Of a stretch of DNA of 64,000 nucleotides, positions 55,417-64,000 are shown one piece after another. Below the pieces are notes generated by a model that saw only the letters and a list, made by a program, of their open reading frames with translations, ran no database searches and was not told where the DNA came from. The DNA comes from a virus: the IMG/VR virus record IMGVR_UViG_3300013120_000110, positions 1 through 64,000 of that record. The stretch is one strand, 5' to 3'. Position 1 is the stretch's first letter; every line of letters begins with the position of its first letter. The position numbers and the translations under genes were made by a program.

Positions 55417-57483
55417 TTAAGCTACTCGACCCTCATGGGTTACGAGATTGTCCGAATAATAATGGCGAAGAGGCCACCACACCCACGGGTCGATTGTCCC
55501 AAGCTCCCTGTCGTAACCCAAAGAATCAGGCAAAGCGGCCTTCTGGTCTGCGCTGACCGAGGCAACTAGCAACTCCTTGAACCGGGCGGCATGGACGCCA
55601 TCTTTACCGTACCTGTATCGCTCACAAGCTGCCAAACAACTCTCCAGGATTGTTTCGGCGTGTGGTTGTCCACCGGGGGGATAGACGTTAGTGCTCCCCA
55701 GGGCGGCGACATTCACCTTGTAGCGGTATGTAAGGTCATAGGCATCGTCGGGAATAGGACAGAATACGATCTCGTAGGTAGTGGCGGCTGTGAGGTCGAT
55801 TGACTGTGGCCGTATGGCAGCTATCTCCATCCGGCTAGGGGTTGTGTTATCCATTAACTGCCTGCGCACGATCCGTTCTGACACCACCTCAATCGGATTG
55901 TAAAGCAGATTCACACTAGGCTCATACGTGAGCGGGCCCATAATCGCTGCAAAATCAGTAGGCAAATCGTAGGCCGCTGAGTGTGCCAAGCTGTAGCTTG
56001 TGCCTGCATCCACGTCTATCGTCAGGTCGGAAAGCGTAATCTGATTGTCACCATCCCGGCTGGCAACCGACACAGCGGTATATCCCGAGGCGGTAAACGT
56101 CCCCTCAGCAGCCCAGGACGGGAATGTGCCGTCTACTGAAAGCGTTACCACGCCATCCACCACCGTAACCGTGCCAGTATCATACGGTGCTATCGTGCTC
56201 AGCGTAGCAGTTGGCTTTAGGAAGCTCCACTCGTGAGAATACTTCTCCTTGGGTAACGGCGGCGGGGTGTAGAACTGCCTCAAGCCTTGGTGTACCAGCA
56301 TGTCGATCTTCCGCCGTTCCTCCGTACTCCAGGTTGCATCATTCCAACTCAGGCCCAACTCGTGGGCCACCCTCTTGAGTAGTACATCATACGTCACGTC
56401 CAGTGTGGTGGCCCCAGCATCGCCTATCGGCCAAGTGGCCGTGGTCAGCTTCTCTTGCTGTGACTTGTCAAGCTGGACACTTGAGGCCAATAAGGCGAAG
56501 AAGCGCTCGCGGTGTGCCCCGCTCTTATCGGCAGTTCGTTCCTCGGCCACCGCCAGGCAGCTTTCGGTAAGCGTCTCGGCGTGGGCTGGGCCCCCATAAG
56601 GATATGGATTTTCGGCGGACAGAGCGCCCGGAGCCACAACGTACCGCGCCAAAAGGTTTTTGCTCTCATCTGGTTTCGGATAAAGCAATAATTCCCAACG
56701 CTGGATGGCGCTGCTATCAGAGCTTTTTGGTCGTACAGCGTAGTAAACCGGGTCGCCGTCCTGGTCGTCACTGGCTCGCAAGGTTCGTAAATGGTCCTCG
56801 GGCACCGCAACAAGGGCCTCCAGGTCGGTATCTTCCTCATAGGTTAGGCTGTTCAAGACGCCCGAAAAGTCTGTTGGCAGGGTGTAATCCCCAGTCCCGT
56901 TCGTAATGGCAATCGTCGCCACTGGTTCAAGGAAGCTCCACCGTATGCGATCCTCTTTCTTCTCTAGGTGAACCGCCGATTCATGGACGATCATGCCCTC
57001 GGGCGGCTTGGGTAGCGGTAGGGGCGGAGGCCATAGGAACTGCCGATACCCAGCTTGGACAATCGAATCCACCTCATTCCGCTTATTCGCACTCAGGGCG
57101 TCAAACTCAGTCGAAGACGTAAACTCAGTCCAGCCAAGATATTTCGCTACTATCGCTGTTAAATCCTCGTAACCCACCGATAGCCCGGTGAGTTCACCCG
57201 TAGACCCACCCGTTACCTCTGTCTCTAGGTAATAGGTGAGCCCTTCATAAACGAACTCCATGTAACAGGAGTAGGTCAGATCGTCCGCTGGCTCCGTGAA
57301 GGTATGCTCATACACACCTGCAGAAACCACAGTCATGGCCGTATCATCAGCCGTAATGACAGCATCGGTATCAGTCCGCTTCACACCATAGGTGTCAGTT
57401 GGGTCTGACATGGTAGGCGTAGCGTCCAAAGCGGTTAGAACGCCTGCAACCTTCCAAGTTCGTCTGACTGTAATAGTACCCAT
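55417..57483 (-). CDS. head-tail adaptor-like protein with two tandem adaptor domains
   Basis: G.RQF..PPPLP, WSFL.P.AT, Y.LPTDF, P.PD, YP.GG..HAET..ESCLA each occur twice. Confidence 0.65.
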   Translation of the reverse strand: MGTITVRRTWKVAGVLTALDATPTMSDPTDTYGVKRTDTDAVITADDTAMTVVSAGVYEHTFTEPADDLTYSCYMEFVYEGLTYYLETEVTGGSTGELTGLSVGYEDLTAIVAKYLGWTEFTSSTEFDALSANKRNEVDSIVQAGYRQFLWPPPLPLPKPPEGMIVHESAVHLEKKEDRIRWSFLEPVATIAITNGTGDYTLPTDFSGVLNSLTYEEDTDLEALVAVPEDHLRTLRASDDQDGDPVYYAVRPKSSDSSAIQRWELLLYPKPDESKNLLARYVVAPGALSAENPYPYGGPAHAETLTESCLAVAEERTADKSGAHRERFFALLASSVQLDKSQQEKLTTATWPIGDAGATTLDVTYDVLLKRVAHELGLSWNDATWSTEERRKIDMLVHQGLRQFYTPPPLPKEKYSHEWSFLKPTATLSTIAPYDTGTVTVVDGVVTLSVDGTFPSWAAEGTFTASGYTAVSVASRDGDNQITLSDLTIDVDAGTSYSLAHSAAYDLPTDFAAIMGPLTYEPSVNLLYNPIEVVSERIVRRQLMDNTTPSRMEIAAIRPQSIDLTAATTYEIVFCPIPDDAYDLTYRYKVNVAALGSTNVYPPGGQPHAETILESCLAACERYRYGKDGVHAARFKELLVASVSADQKAALPDSLGYDRELGTIDPWVWWPLRHYYSDNLVTHEGRVA

Positions 57484-57995
57484 TAGCTACTCTCCGTCAC
57501 TACGCTTGTAACCTCTGTCGTGATGTTTTTGTTGGCGATAATCGCAGCCTTTAGGGCCTCTAGGGAATCCGTAGTGTTATCATAAGTCGCACCGCCAGTG
57601 GTGGCATTGATCTCAGCTAGTGGTGTAGCGTCAGATGCTAGCCCGGCCAAGACACCCAACCAATCCGCCAATGAAGTTATCCCGGCCATCCGGTCAACTT
57701 CAACCGCACCCGAGACAATAAGCGGGTCGTTGTTCTCCGCATACAGAACGTACTCTCCACCTGTAAGCCAATAGTGTTCGATGTAATGAGTGCCGTTAGG
57801 GAGTGTTACGGTGGCCGCATAATACCCCGTCTCGTTAGTCTCAGTAGTAGCCGACAAGTACGGTGTAATGTCATCGTCGGCTGGTGTTTCGTATTGTGTC
57901 TCAGTCCAATCGTATAACTGCCCTGAGATATTGCGGGCCGCAACATAGCAAGTCTGTCCAGTCTCGCCCAGTTTGGCGTCTAAATACACACTCAT
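57483..57995 (-). CDS. virion-region protein
   Basis: T/E-rich; YDNTTDSLEAL motif. Confidence 0.6.
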   Translation of the reverse strand: MSVYLDAKLGETGQTCYVAARNISGQLYDWTETQYETPADDDITPYLSATTETNETGYYAATVTLPNGTHYIEHYWLTGGEYVLYAENNDPLIVSGAVEVDRMAGITSLADWLGVLAGLASDATPLAEINATTGGATYDNTTDSLEALKAAIIANKNITTEVTSVVTESS

Positions 57996-59374
57996 GGTCT
58001 TACGCTCCTAGACAACCAACCATACCGCTCTCCCCAAGTCAAATCCCACAGGTCCATCGCCGTACCCACATAACACAAGCCATTATTCCGATGAGTAGCT
58101 ACCGATTCGATAAAGGTCAGGTGTTCAGCGGCAGTCAGCCCACCCGCAGTTGGTGAGTCTTTAACATCATGGGTGAAGAAGATTATTGCCTCACGGCGAT
58201 AAATGGCTTCAGTCAACGCCGTATTGCAGTTTGATAGTTCGGCGCTACTCCATTCCGAGTAATTAAAATTGAACATATCAGAGGGCATCCAACAGTTGCC
58301 CCGGTGGTTCGAGGCCGGGTAAGCGTCTGCCGTATCGCGGTGGGTTTTACCTCGCGCGCCCTTGAACCCTACGCCCGCCAAAGTGCTCGCTGCGGCGTTA
58401 CCCACACAATCGACATTAAGATTGGCACTATGAATGAAGTCTAAACCGCGCCGCCAATCTTTGCTCTCGCAAAACTTCCGGCACCGCAAATACTGGTCAA
58501 GCAACTCCACTACTGTCGTGGTAATCGTGGTCGCAGAATGGTCCCAGGTATGAGGCGATACGTCGCAAAGGTAGGTGTCGTAACAGGTGTTGACTTGAGC
58601 GGTGGTTAAGGCGGCTACGCTACCGTAATAGGCCGACATATTGCCATCAATCCAACTCCCAGGCAAAGTCAGTGTGCCTCGCATATCCAAAGCCGCAAGA
58701 GCCGGTAGGGCCGTAGTTAAAACGCTGGGGTGCCCATCATCGTAAACGAACATGACAAACGCCCGATCCGGTCGCTGCGTCATTACCGCCCCGAGGTGGA
58801 CTACGGGAGCTTGACCGGCAACAGCATCAATCTCAATGCGGATTCGATAAACGGCAAGCGTTTCACTGGCTGCGCCGTCGCCCCAATCAGAAGGCGAGCC
58901 AACAGTCGAAAACCGAAACCTGGAAGAAAACGCTTGCGCCCACTCCCCATCGGCTAACAAGAGCCGGTTGTGTTGTCCATCACCATTCTCATAGAGGTCA
59001 CAACTGTACCCAGTAGGCGTATTGTCCTCATCCAGATAAAGAGTAATCTTGTCGATCTTGGTCAGATCATCGACTTTAAGCCACACTCCCGCGTTACCGA
59101 TGAAATCGTAGGTATCGTCTAACTCCATCGAAAGCGAGGCCACCGCACCGCTGTTGACTGTGACCTTCAATGATTGTGACCCAAACACATAATCGGCGGT
59201 ATCAGCAGCGGTTGAGCAGTTAGCGGTAGTCCAAGTTTCATCCACCTGGAACCCGCAAACCATCTGAATAGGCATTGGTTCTGGCGTCGGGGTAAGCAAA
59301 GCCAACCTACCAGCCACGTCCGTTAGGCCACGAACTAACGCCGGTTTCGTCGTTTTAGTTATCGCCTTCGCCAT
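57992..59374 (-). CDS. polysaccharide deacetylase (CE4/NodB) domain protein with N-terminal beta-sandwich
   Basis: FVYDDG, PHTWDH, IFFTHDV motifs. Confidence 0.8.
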   Translation of the reverse strand: MAKAITKTTKPALVRGLTDVAGRLALLTPTPEPMPIQMVCGFQVDETWTTANCSTAADTADYVFGSQSLKVTVNSGAVASLSMELDDTYDFIGNAGVWLKVDDLTKIDKITLYLDEDNTPTGYSCDLYENGDGQHNRLLLADGEWAQAFSSRFRFSTVGSPSDWGDGAASETLAVYRIRIEIDAVAGQAPVVHLGAVMTQRPDRAFVMFVYDDGHPSVLTTALPALAALDMRGTLTLPGSWIDGNMSAYYGSVAALTTAQVNTCYDTYLCDVSPHTWDHSATTITTTVVELLDQYLRCRKFCESKDWRRGLDFIHSANLNVDCVGNAAASTLAGVGFKGARGKTHRDTADAYPASNHRGNCWMPSDMFNFNYSEWSSAELSNCNTALTEAIYRREAIIFFTHDVKDSPTAGGLTAAEHLTFIESVATHRNNGLCYVGTAMDLWDLTWGERYGWLSRSVRP

Positions 59375-59955
59375 TACAGATACCTATTGGCCTCAACCCT
59401 CGGCAAACTGCCCTGAAGTTGTACGGCAGTTCCGATCCACGATCCAACATCAATCCGACCACTCGCATCACCAGTCGGCAGCCCACCATCTGCATCGGGG
59501 GCCACGTTAGGCAATGGGTTCGTCGTTGCAAGAAGCACGTCGTTCCATTCGGTCACGTTCACATCAGGCTTGTCATTAGTAGACAAAGTAACTGCGGTGC
59601 CTATCCAAAGGCCAACGTCGATTACGGGATAGCCTTCAGTATTTTCGGCTGCAACAACTCGGAACCGGAAGATTACCGCCTCATCAGTCACACCATTAAC
59701 AGTTGCGTTTGCCTGTACCGAATACCATTTACCAACATCGTAATCGGTATCATTGATAATATCTGAGGCGTAATAGCAACCCGTCGCGGTACGCTGGGTC
59801 ATGGTGATCCCGGCGCGGTTCGCTGCGGGGGCAGCTTCGTTATCCTCGTAAATATCTATGGTGGGCGCAGAATCGGCGTTAGAAACTTGACCCGTCAACC
59901 AGTTCCGAGTGGTACAGTTGAACGTCACTACTTCGTCAAGAGGAAGGTTCATCAT
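59374..59955 (-). CDS. virion-region Ig-like protein
   Basis: G...ADSAPT..IYE...TG.Y; repeated DVG.WIGTAV. Confidence 0.6.
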   Translation of the reverse strand: MMNLPLDEVVTFNCTTRNWLTGQVSNADSAPTIDIYEDNEAAPAANRAGITMTQRTATGCYYASDIINDTDYDVGKWYSVQANATVNGVTDEAVIFRFRVVAAENTEGYPVIDVGLWIGTAVTLSTNDKPDVNVTEWNDVLLATTNPLPNVAPDADGGLPTGDASGRIDVGSWIGTAVQLQGSLPRVEANRYL

Positions 59956-59956
59956 G

Positions 59957-61999
59957 TTACTCCTGAGACACTACTGACTGTCCTAGTGGTGAACATACCG
60001 GCTGGTCGGCCAAGCCTCGGTACGTCCCAAGACCTGAGTTGTATATCGCGTTGACTTTGCCTTGCGTTAGTATGTCATTGTAGAACCGAAGGTCGTCCAT
60101 CTCAAACTCCAACGTGCCGTCCCTGCCTCCGTCGTTGTAGGCGAACAAGTAGAGAGGTCTGTCGAAGGCATCCGGTTCACAGGTTACGGCCCAAGTCTCG
60201 GTTTCCTCGATTGCGACACTAACACCGTCAACGTAGATTTTACAAGCAGCGAATGTCGATGCAAGTACTATGACAATGAAGTGCCACACTCCATCGCTGG
60301 TCAGATAGCCGCCCGATACTGTGTTTACTGCTCGGCGGTTACTGGCATCATCTCGGATTCGCCAGTCAATATCACCCGCATTGTCTCGATTAGTGTTGAC
60401 AATAAAATAGTCGTTGCCAACGGCAGCCTTTACACCCATAATTCGAGCATCACCGACGGCAGGCGGAGGGTCCATCTCAGATTTCCACCAGAAGCAGACT
60501 GTTGCCCCGGTTGCCGTATCCTCACCCCAAGTACCTAATCCATCAATACTGACGTACTTGGTTCCGTCCGATACGCCGGAGTTCGTGCCAACATGCCCGG
60601 TGGAGAAAGTGGCGTCACCCGAACCGTGGTAGCCCCTACCAGAAGCATCAAGGTAGTCATTCTCAAACTTGTAATGGGCCACCAAGCTGGAGTCGGCTCC
60701 ATCTAAGCCACTTGTGTCCTCGTGTTGTACCGCACCTATATCAATCTCACTCGTCTGCCCGTAAGTGTCAATACCGGCTGCCCGTAGCAGGGCACCGCCA
60801 CCCTCAAGATTGTTTAGCCTGAAATCAAGGTTGGCCGCGTCAACAAACGGGTCGGCGGTGAGAGTGACCGGATTCACGTCTAGGAAAGCATCAGTTGGGC
60901 CATCCCTACCACTCACGGAATCACCGTCAGCACAATTCAAGAGGGTCGTGAAAAGCTCCGCGATTCTGAATGAATAACCCCCAGCCGACCAAGATACGCA
61001 GTTGATATACTGATTATTACGCCTACCATCAAATCCATCACCACCAGAATTATAAGAGACGCAATTAAGCCAATTGGTAGCATAACCGAAGAAGCCATCA
61101 CCAACAGAGTTGTAAGCAATACAATGAATCCCAGACGTATCGAAACCGACGCCACAAGTATCCGCTAGGCAGCCCCACGCAACACCACCGCCTCCAAAGC
61201 CGTCCCCTGCACATGAAACTGCGTAACATAGAACTTGTCTGCCATTGTAGATGCCGTAAGTACCATCACAATCCCGGGCGATACACCTATAGAAGTAGTT
61301 ATAGCCACTATGATTCGCATAGAGGCCAGAGGTATTCTGCGAATCCCCGTCTACCTCTATGAAGGCCACCAGATGATACTGCTGCATCCCACCTTTGACC
61401 TCAATTACATTAGCTGGAGCATTGCCATTACAATGAATGACAGGTCGCGTGCCGGCAAAAGAATCCCGCCCTTCTGCTGAGTCATAGCCTTTGAGATAGA
61501 AAGCCTTGCTGTCCATCTGGCTGTCGTCTAGGTCAAGCGGTCCTTCGGACGTATTGACAACTGCGTTGCCTAAATTATGCGTCCCGCTCCTGACGTATGC
61601 ATGCATCCCAACCGCAGTATGATCTGCCGTTTGGAAGATTGCACCAAGTCCACCGATGGAAAGCAACGCCCCGCCGACGTTCAAGGTCATGCCAGTATCG
61701 TTTGGCCCGTTGCGATCTACTTGGATATTGTTGCCATCATTCCGACCGATTATCTCATACCAGCCGGGACCGTTTGAGAGGTAGACGATGTTCCCGATCA
61801 TCGCATCGGTAAACAGCCCTCCCGCATCATCATCCGTGAAAACATCGTTGCCGGTGCAAGAGATGTTCGTCCTATTCAATACCGCCGCCGCCTGCTGCGA
61901 ATAGTCGGTGCCCGGATCGGCGGAGATGTATCCTCCGCCGTTCGTGTCCGAACCGTCGTCTCGGATTTCCCAGACTGTATCAGCACCAAGAGCCATCAC
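59957..61999 (-). CDS. beta-helix (pectin lyase-like) plus LamG/concanavalin domain protein
   Basis: C.AY...GDGF repeats, DPFVDA...DF.L, DIGAVQ; AHYKFE...WHFI...DDLRFYN. Confidence 0.75.
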   Translation of the reverse strand: MMALGADTVWEIRDDGSDTNGGGYISADPGTDYSQQAAAVLNRTNISCTGNDVFTDDDAGGLFTDAMIGNIVYLSNGPGWYEIIGRNDGNNIQVDRNGPNDTGMTLNVGGALLSIGGLGAIFQTADHTAVGMHAYVRSGTHNLGNAVVNTSEGPLDLDDSQMDSKAFYLKGYDSAEGRDSFAGTRPVIHCNGNAPANVIEVKGGMQQYHLVAFIEVDGDSQNTSGLYANHSGYNYFYRCIARDCDGTYGIYNGRQVLCYAVSCAGDGFGGGGVAWGCLADTCGVGFDTSGIHCIAYNSVGDGFFGYATNWLNCVSYNSGGDGFDGRRNNQYINCVSWSAGGYSFRIAELFTTLLNCADGDSVSGRDGPTDAFLDVNPVTLTADPFVDAANLDFRLNNLEGGGALLRAAGIDTYGQTSEIDIGAVQHEDTSGLDGADSSLVAHYKFENDYLDASGRGYHGSGDATFSTGHVGTNSGVSDGTKYVSIDGLGTWGEDTATGATVCFWWKSEMDPPPAVGDARIMGVKAAVGNDYFIVNTNRDNAGDIDWRIRDDASNRRAVNTVSGGYLTSDGVWHFIVIVLASTFAACKIYVDGVSVAIEETETWAVTCEPDAFDRPLYLFAYNDGGRDGTLEFEMDDLRFYNDILTQGKVNAIYNSGLGTYRGLADQPVCSPLGQSVVSQE

Positions 62000-62227
62000 T
62001 TACTCCAAACCGAGTTGCGGTACGGGTGCCACTTTGGCAATATGGTTCAGCTTCTCGTTGTCTTTCTCTTCCATCAGGGTAACGAACTCCGTCACACGGG
62101 CGGCCAGGGTGTTCACGTCGGCTCCGGTGATGACGGATCGGCCATCGGTGGCGGAACCATCCAGGACGACGGAAGCATCGTTGGGAATCAGGGGACCAAT
62201 CCCTTGTGCCGTCCACTCATTCGCCAT
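62000..62227 (-). CDS. small virion-region protein, possibly N-terminally truncated
   Basis: LIPND....DGS..DGR..ITGADV; weak RBS. Confidence 0.5.
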   Translation of the reverse strand: MANEWTAQGIGPLIPNDASVVLDGSATDGRSVITGADVNTLAARVTEFVTLMEEKDNEKLNHIAKVAPVPQLGLE

Positions 62228-62549
62228 TGCCCTGAGCGCCCCTTCCAGTGTGAATTATAAAGAGGTCTAGGTTGTCTTGATTTTTCACACCCATGATCCG
62301 AGCATCAGTAATGATTGGCGGTGACGCATCCGACGACCACCACCAGAAGCAGATCGACCACGGGTTTGGGCCCATGCTGCTACCCCAACTACCAAAGTCC
62401 CCGACATCGACATGCTCCGTGCCATCCGAATCTGCGGCGTAGTCCCCGGCATGGCCTGTAACGAAATCGGCGGTGCCAGAGCCGTTATGCCCGTTACCGC
62501 TACTATCGTTAAAGTTGTTCTCGAACTTATACCAAGCGTGCAGGCTCAT
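62217..62549 (-). pseudogene. truncated LamG-domain gene
   Basis: Aligns with the first half of the LamG domain of 59957..61999 (YKFEN, TGH, SDGT, CFWW.S, DARIMGVK), then breaks off. Confidence 0.55.
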
Positions 62550-62977
62550 TAGCCCTTCTTTTTCTCTTTCTTGACCTTGAGCGGCCTTGCCTTCATCGGC
62601 GGCAACCGAACCATGTGCCCATGGCACTCACGGACATAATCATCGTTGTCGAGCTTCACCTGTAGGGTGCCATCCCCAACAAAGCCGATAAACTTGCCCG
62701 GCATCCACTGGCCGTTGAACTGCGCCTCAACCAATGTTGAGCCGTCCTGTGGTAAACTCTGCCAGTCTACCGTGGGGGGGCGCTCTGGCATCACAATCTC
62801 GGGCCGGATACCACAGGCGCGCACAAGGTCCACTAGGGCAATCGCACCCAGTGGACCGGAAACACCCGCCGCATGTAGCATCCGAAGTCGCAGTTGATAT
62901 TCGTCCTCCAAAGCCGAGGGGATAGAACCATCCCCAAGCATACGCTCCAAAATGTCTGCGTCTGTCTCTAAAATCAT
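62549..62977 (-). CDS. hypothetical protein with SH3-like C-terminus
   Basis: VEA.FNG.W..G.F.G....GTL.V.L. Confidence 0.6.
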   Translation of the reverse strand: MILETDADILERMLGDGSIPSALEDEYQLRLRMLHAAGVSGPLGAIALVDLVRACGIRPEIVMPERPPTVDWQSLPQDGSTLVEAQFNGQWMPGKFIGFVGDGTLQVKLDNDDYVRECHGHMVRLPPMKARPLKVKKEKKKG

Positions 62978-63095
62978 TTTTCGTTACGCCTTATACACAA
63001 CATCCCCCTGTTTATTAAAACACGCGACGGCTAGGACATGGAGGTAAACCTAACCGCCGCGCGGCGTAACGTCATCCCTTCCGTCACGGCTTGAA

Positions 63096-63944
63096 TTACG
63101 AGGCATCCTGGTAAAACGCCCACCAGTCCATATCGAAGGTGACTGCGGTAGCAGCCGATTCCTTGATTCCAGCAAGGAAGTTCAATTCCTCACCATCAGG
63201 GAACGTGGCCGCAGCAATGTTCGTCCCGGTCACGTAAGTACCGTTCGCAACATTATCCACGTAGACCGTGATCCGATACGCAGATTCAGCCTTGGGGTCG
63301 TAAACGAACCCAAACTTGTACCACGTATCAGCCACAAGAGTCTGAGTAATGGCAATCGGCGTAACAAGACCACCAGAAGCCAACTGATAGACAAATGCCA
63401 CCGCATCCGGGTCATCCTCATTGACATCAAAGCCAATCAGGTCCTTAGCCGCAGCCAAGTCGCCATCGTCATCCTTGGTGTCCGCAGCCGCACAGCCTTC
63501 CTCAGACAAGCCGAAGAACACATTCTGGGCTGTAATAGCCGGGAACCGAACCCGCGTCTCGAAGATCGTCAGCTTATCGGCATCAGCCGTATCGCTAATC
63601 GCCCCAAGAACGCTTGTGGCCTCTCCGGGGCAAAGCCAAGCCTCGTCGTTATCGGTCGCAGCCGTGGTCGAAAACTGAATCACACCACCAGTCTCGGTTG
63701 CCATTGGCGTAATATCGGCACCTGTATCCTCGTAAGAGGTGTACATACCAGCCTCACCAACATAAACATTGGCGGCTGCCTCACCGAACCCAGTAAAATC
63801 GTCACCAATGAAAAACCCTGCACGCTGCCCAGCCGGGCCAGCCATCAGCGTCCACATCCTCGACCAAAGGCGAGGCGAAAGACCGCGAGTGCTAGCTTCC
63901 CCGACGTGAGACGTGTAAAGGGCATTAGGTTGTAATCCGAACAT
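63096..63944 (-). CDS. putative capsid decoration/structural protein
   Basis: GLSPRLW, DDF, beta-rich (FETRV, TWYKFGFVYD, DMDWW); GGAGG RBS. Confidence 0.6.
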   Translation of the reverse strand: MFGLQPNALYTSHVGEASTRGLSPRLWSRMWTLMAGPAGQRAGFFIGDDFTGFGEAAANVYVGEAGMYTSYEDTGADITPMATETGGVIQFSTTAATDNDEAWLCPGEATSVLGAISDTADADKLTIFETRVRFPAITAQNVFFGLSEEGCAAADTKDDDGDLAAAKDLIGFDVNEDDPDAVAFVYQLASGGLVTPIAITQTLVADTWYKFGFVYDPKAESAYRITVYVDNVANGTYVTGTNIAAATFPDGEELNFLAGIKESAATAVTFDMDWWAFYQDAS

Positions 63945-64000
63945 TCTGTATCCTCCTATCTGAGCAACCTGTTTTCTCAGGTGCTAATCATCCTAAAACT

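Larger units (their letters stand above)
1..64000. mobile_element. Tailed bacteriophage/prophage genome segment (early, replication/lysis and virion modules)
   Basis: Modular phage gene order; prim-pol, helicase, HJ resolvase, RecE-like nuclease, HNHs, GroES and virion-type genes; many short coupled ORFs; no host core genes. Confidence 0.95.

Noticed and set aside
62217-62260. Programmed frameshift joining the LamG fragment to the 62227 ORF
   Set aside because: No slippery heptamer is visible, and the fusion would carry only half a LamG fold; a deletion scar is simpler.
35332-63678. Numerous + strand ORFs of 60-190 aa across the virion region
   Set aside because: They are antisense to long coherent - strand genes and show no recognisable motifs.

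Overview
The whole 64-kb window reads as part of one tailed dsDNA phage or prophage genome (Caudoviricetes). It is densely coding, has consensus sigma70 promoters and GGAGG ribosome-binding sites, and shows no host housekeeping genes. There are three blocks. (1) 1-15.3 kb, + strand: an early/accessory region of about 50 small ORFs. It includes DUF6573-, DUF6874- and DUF5131-like genes, a W/D/E-heptad hyperacidic peptide, a protein resembling a plant CCCH62-type domain, a triplicated two-gene Zn-protein module (A/B paralogues, 7.2-10.6 kb) and a run of mini-genes joined by a repeated AAGCCGCCGA junction. (2) 15.3-35.1 kb, - strand: catalytic-only tyrosine recombinase and excisionase-like HTH, Holliday junction resolvase, metallophosphoesterase, dNMP kinase, HD hydrolase, primase-polymerase, SF2 helicase, vWA protein, Rnl2/DRB0094-type RNA ligase next to a non-canonical tRNA-like RNA, ParB-like protein, GroES, RecE-like nuclease and HNH nucleases. 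It also holds an unusual putative lysis block (membrane trypsin protease, CAP protein, permuted papain-like amidase) with no recognisable muramidase. (3) 35.3-64 kb, - strand: virion genes, including a 2702-aa polyvalent/ejection protein, internal proteins, tail-like genes with no long tape measure, duplicated fibre, adaptor and decoration genes, a polysaccharide deacetylase and a beta-helix/LamG protein. Capsid, portal and terminase were not recognised in the window. A Planctomycetota-like host is only a weak inference. All family assignments come from motif recognition by eye; no searches were run.
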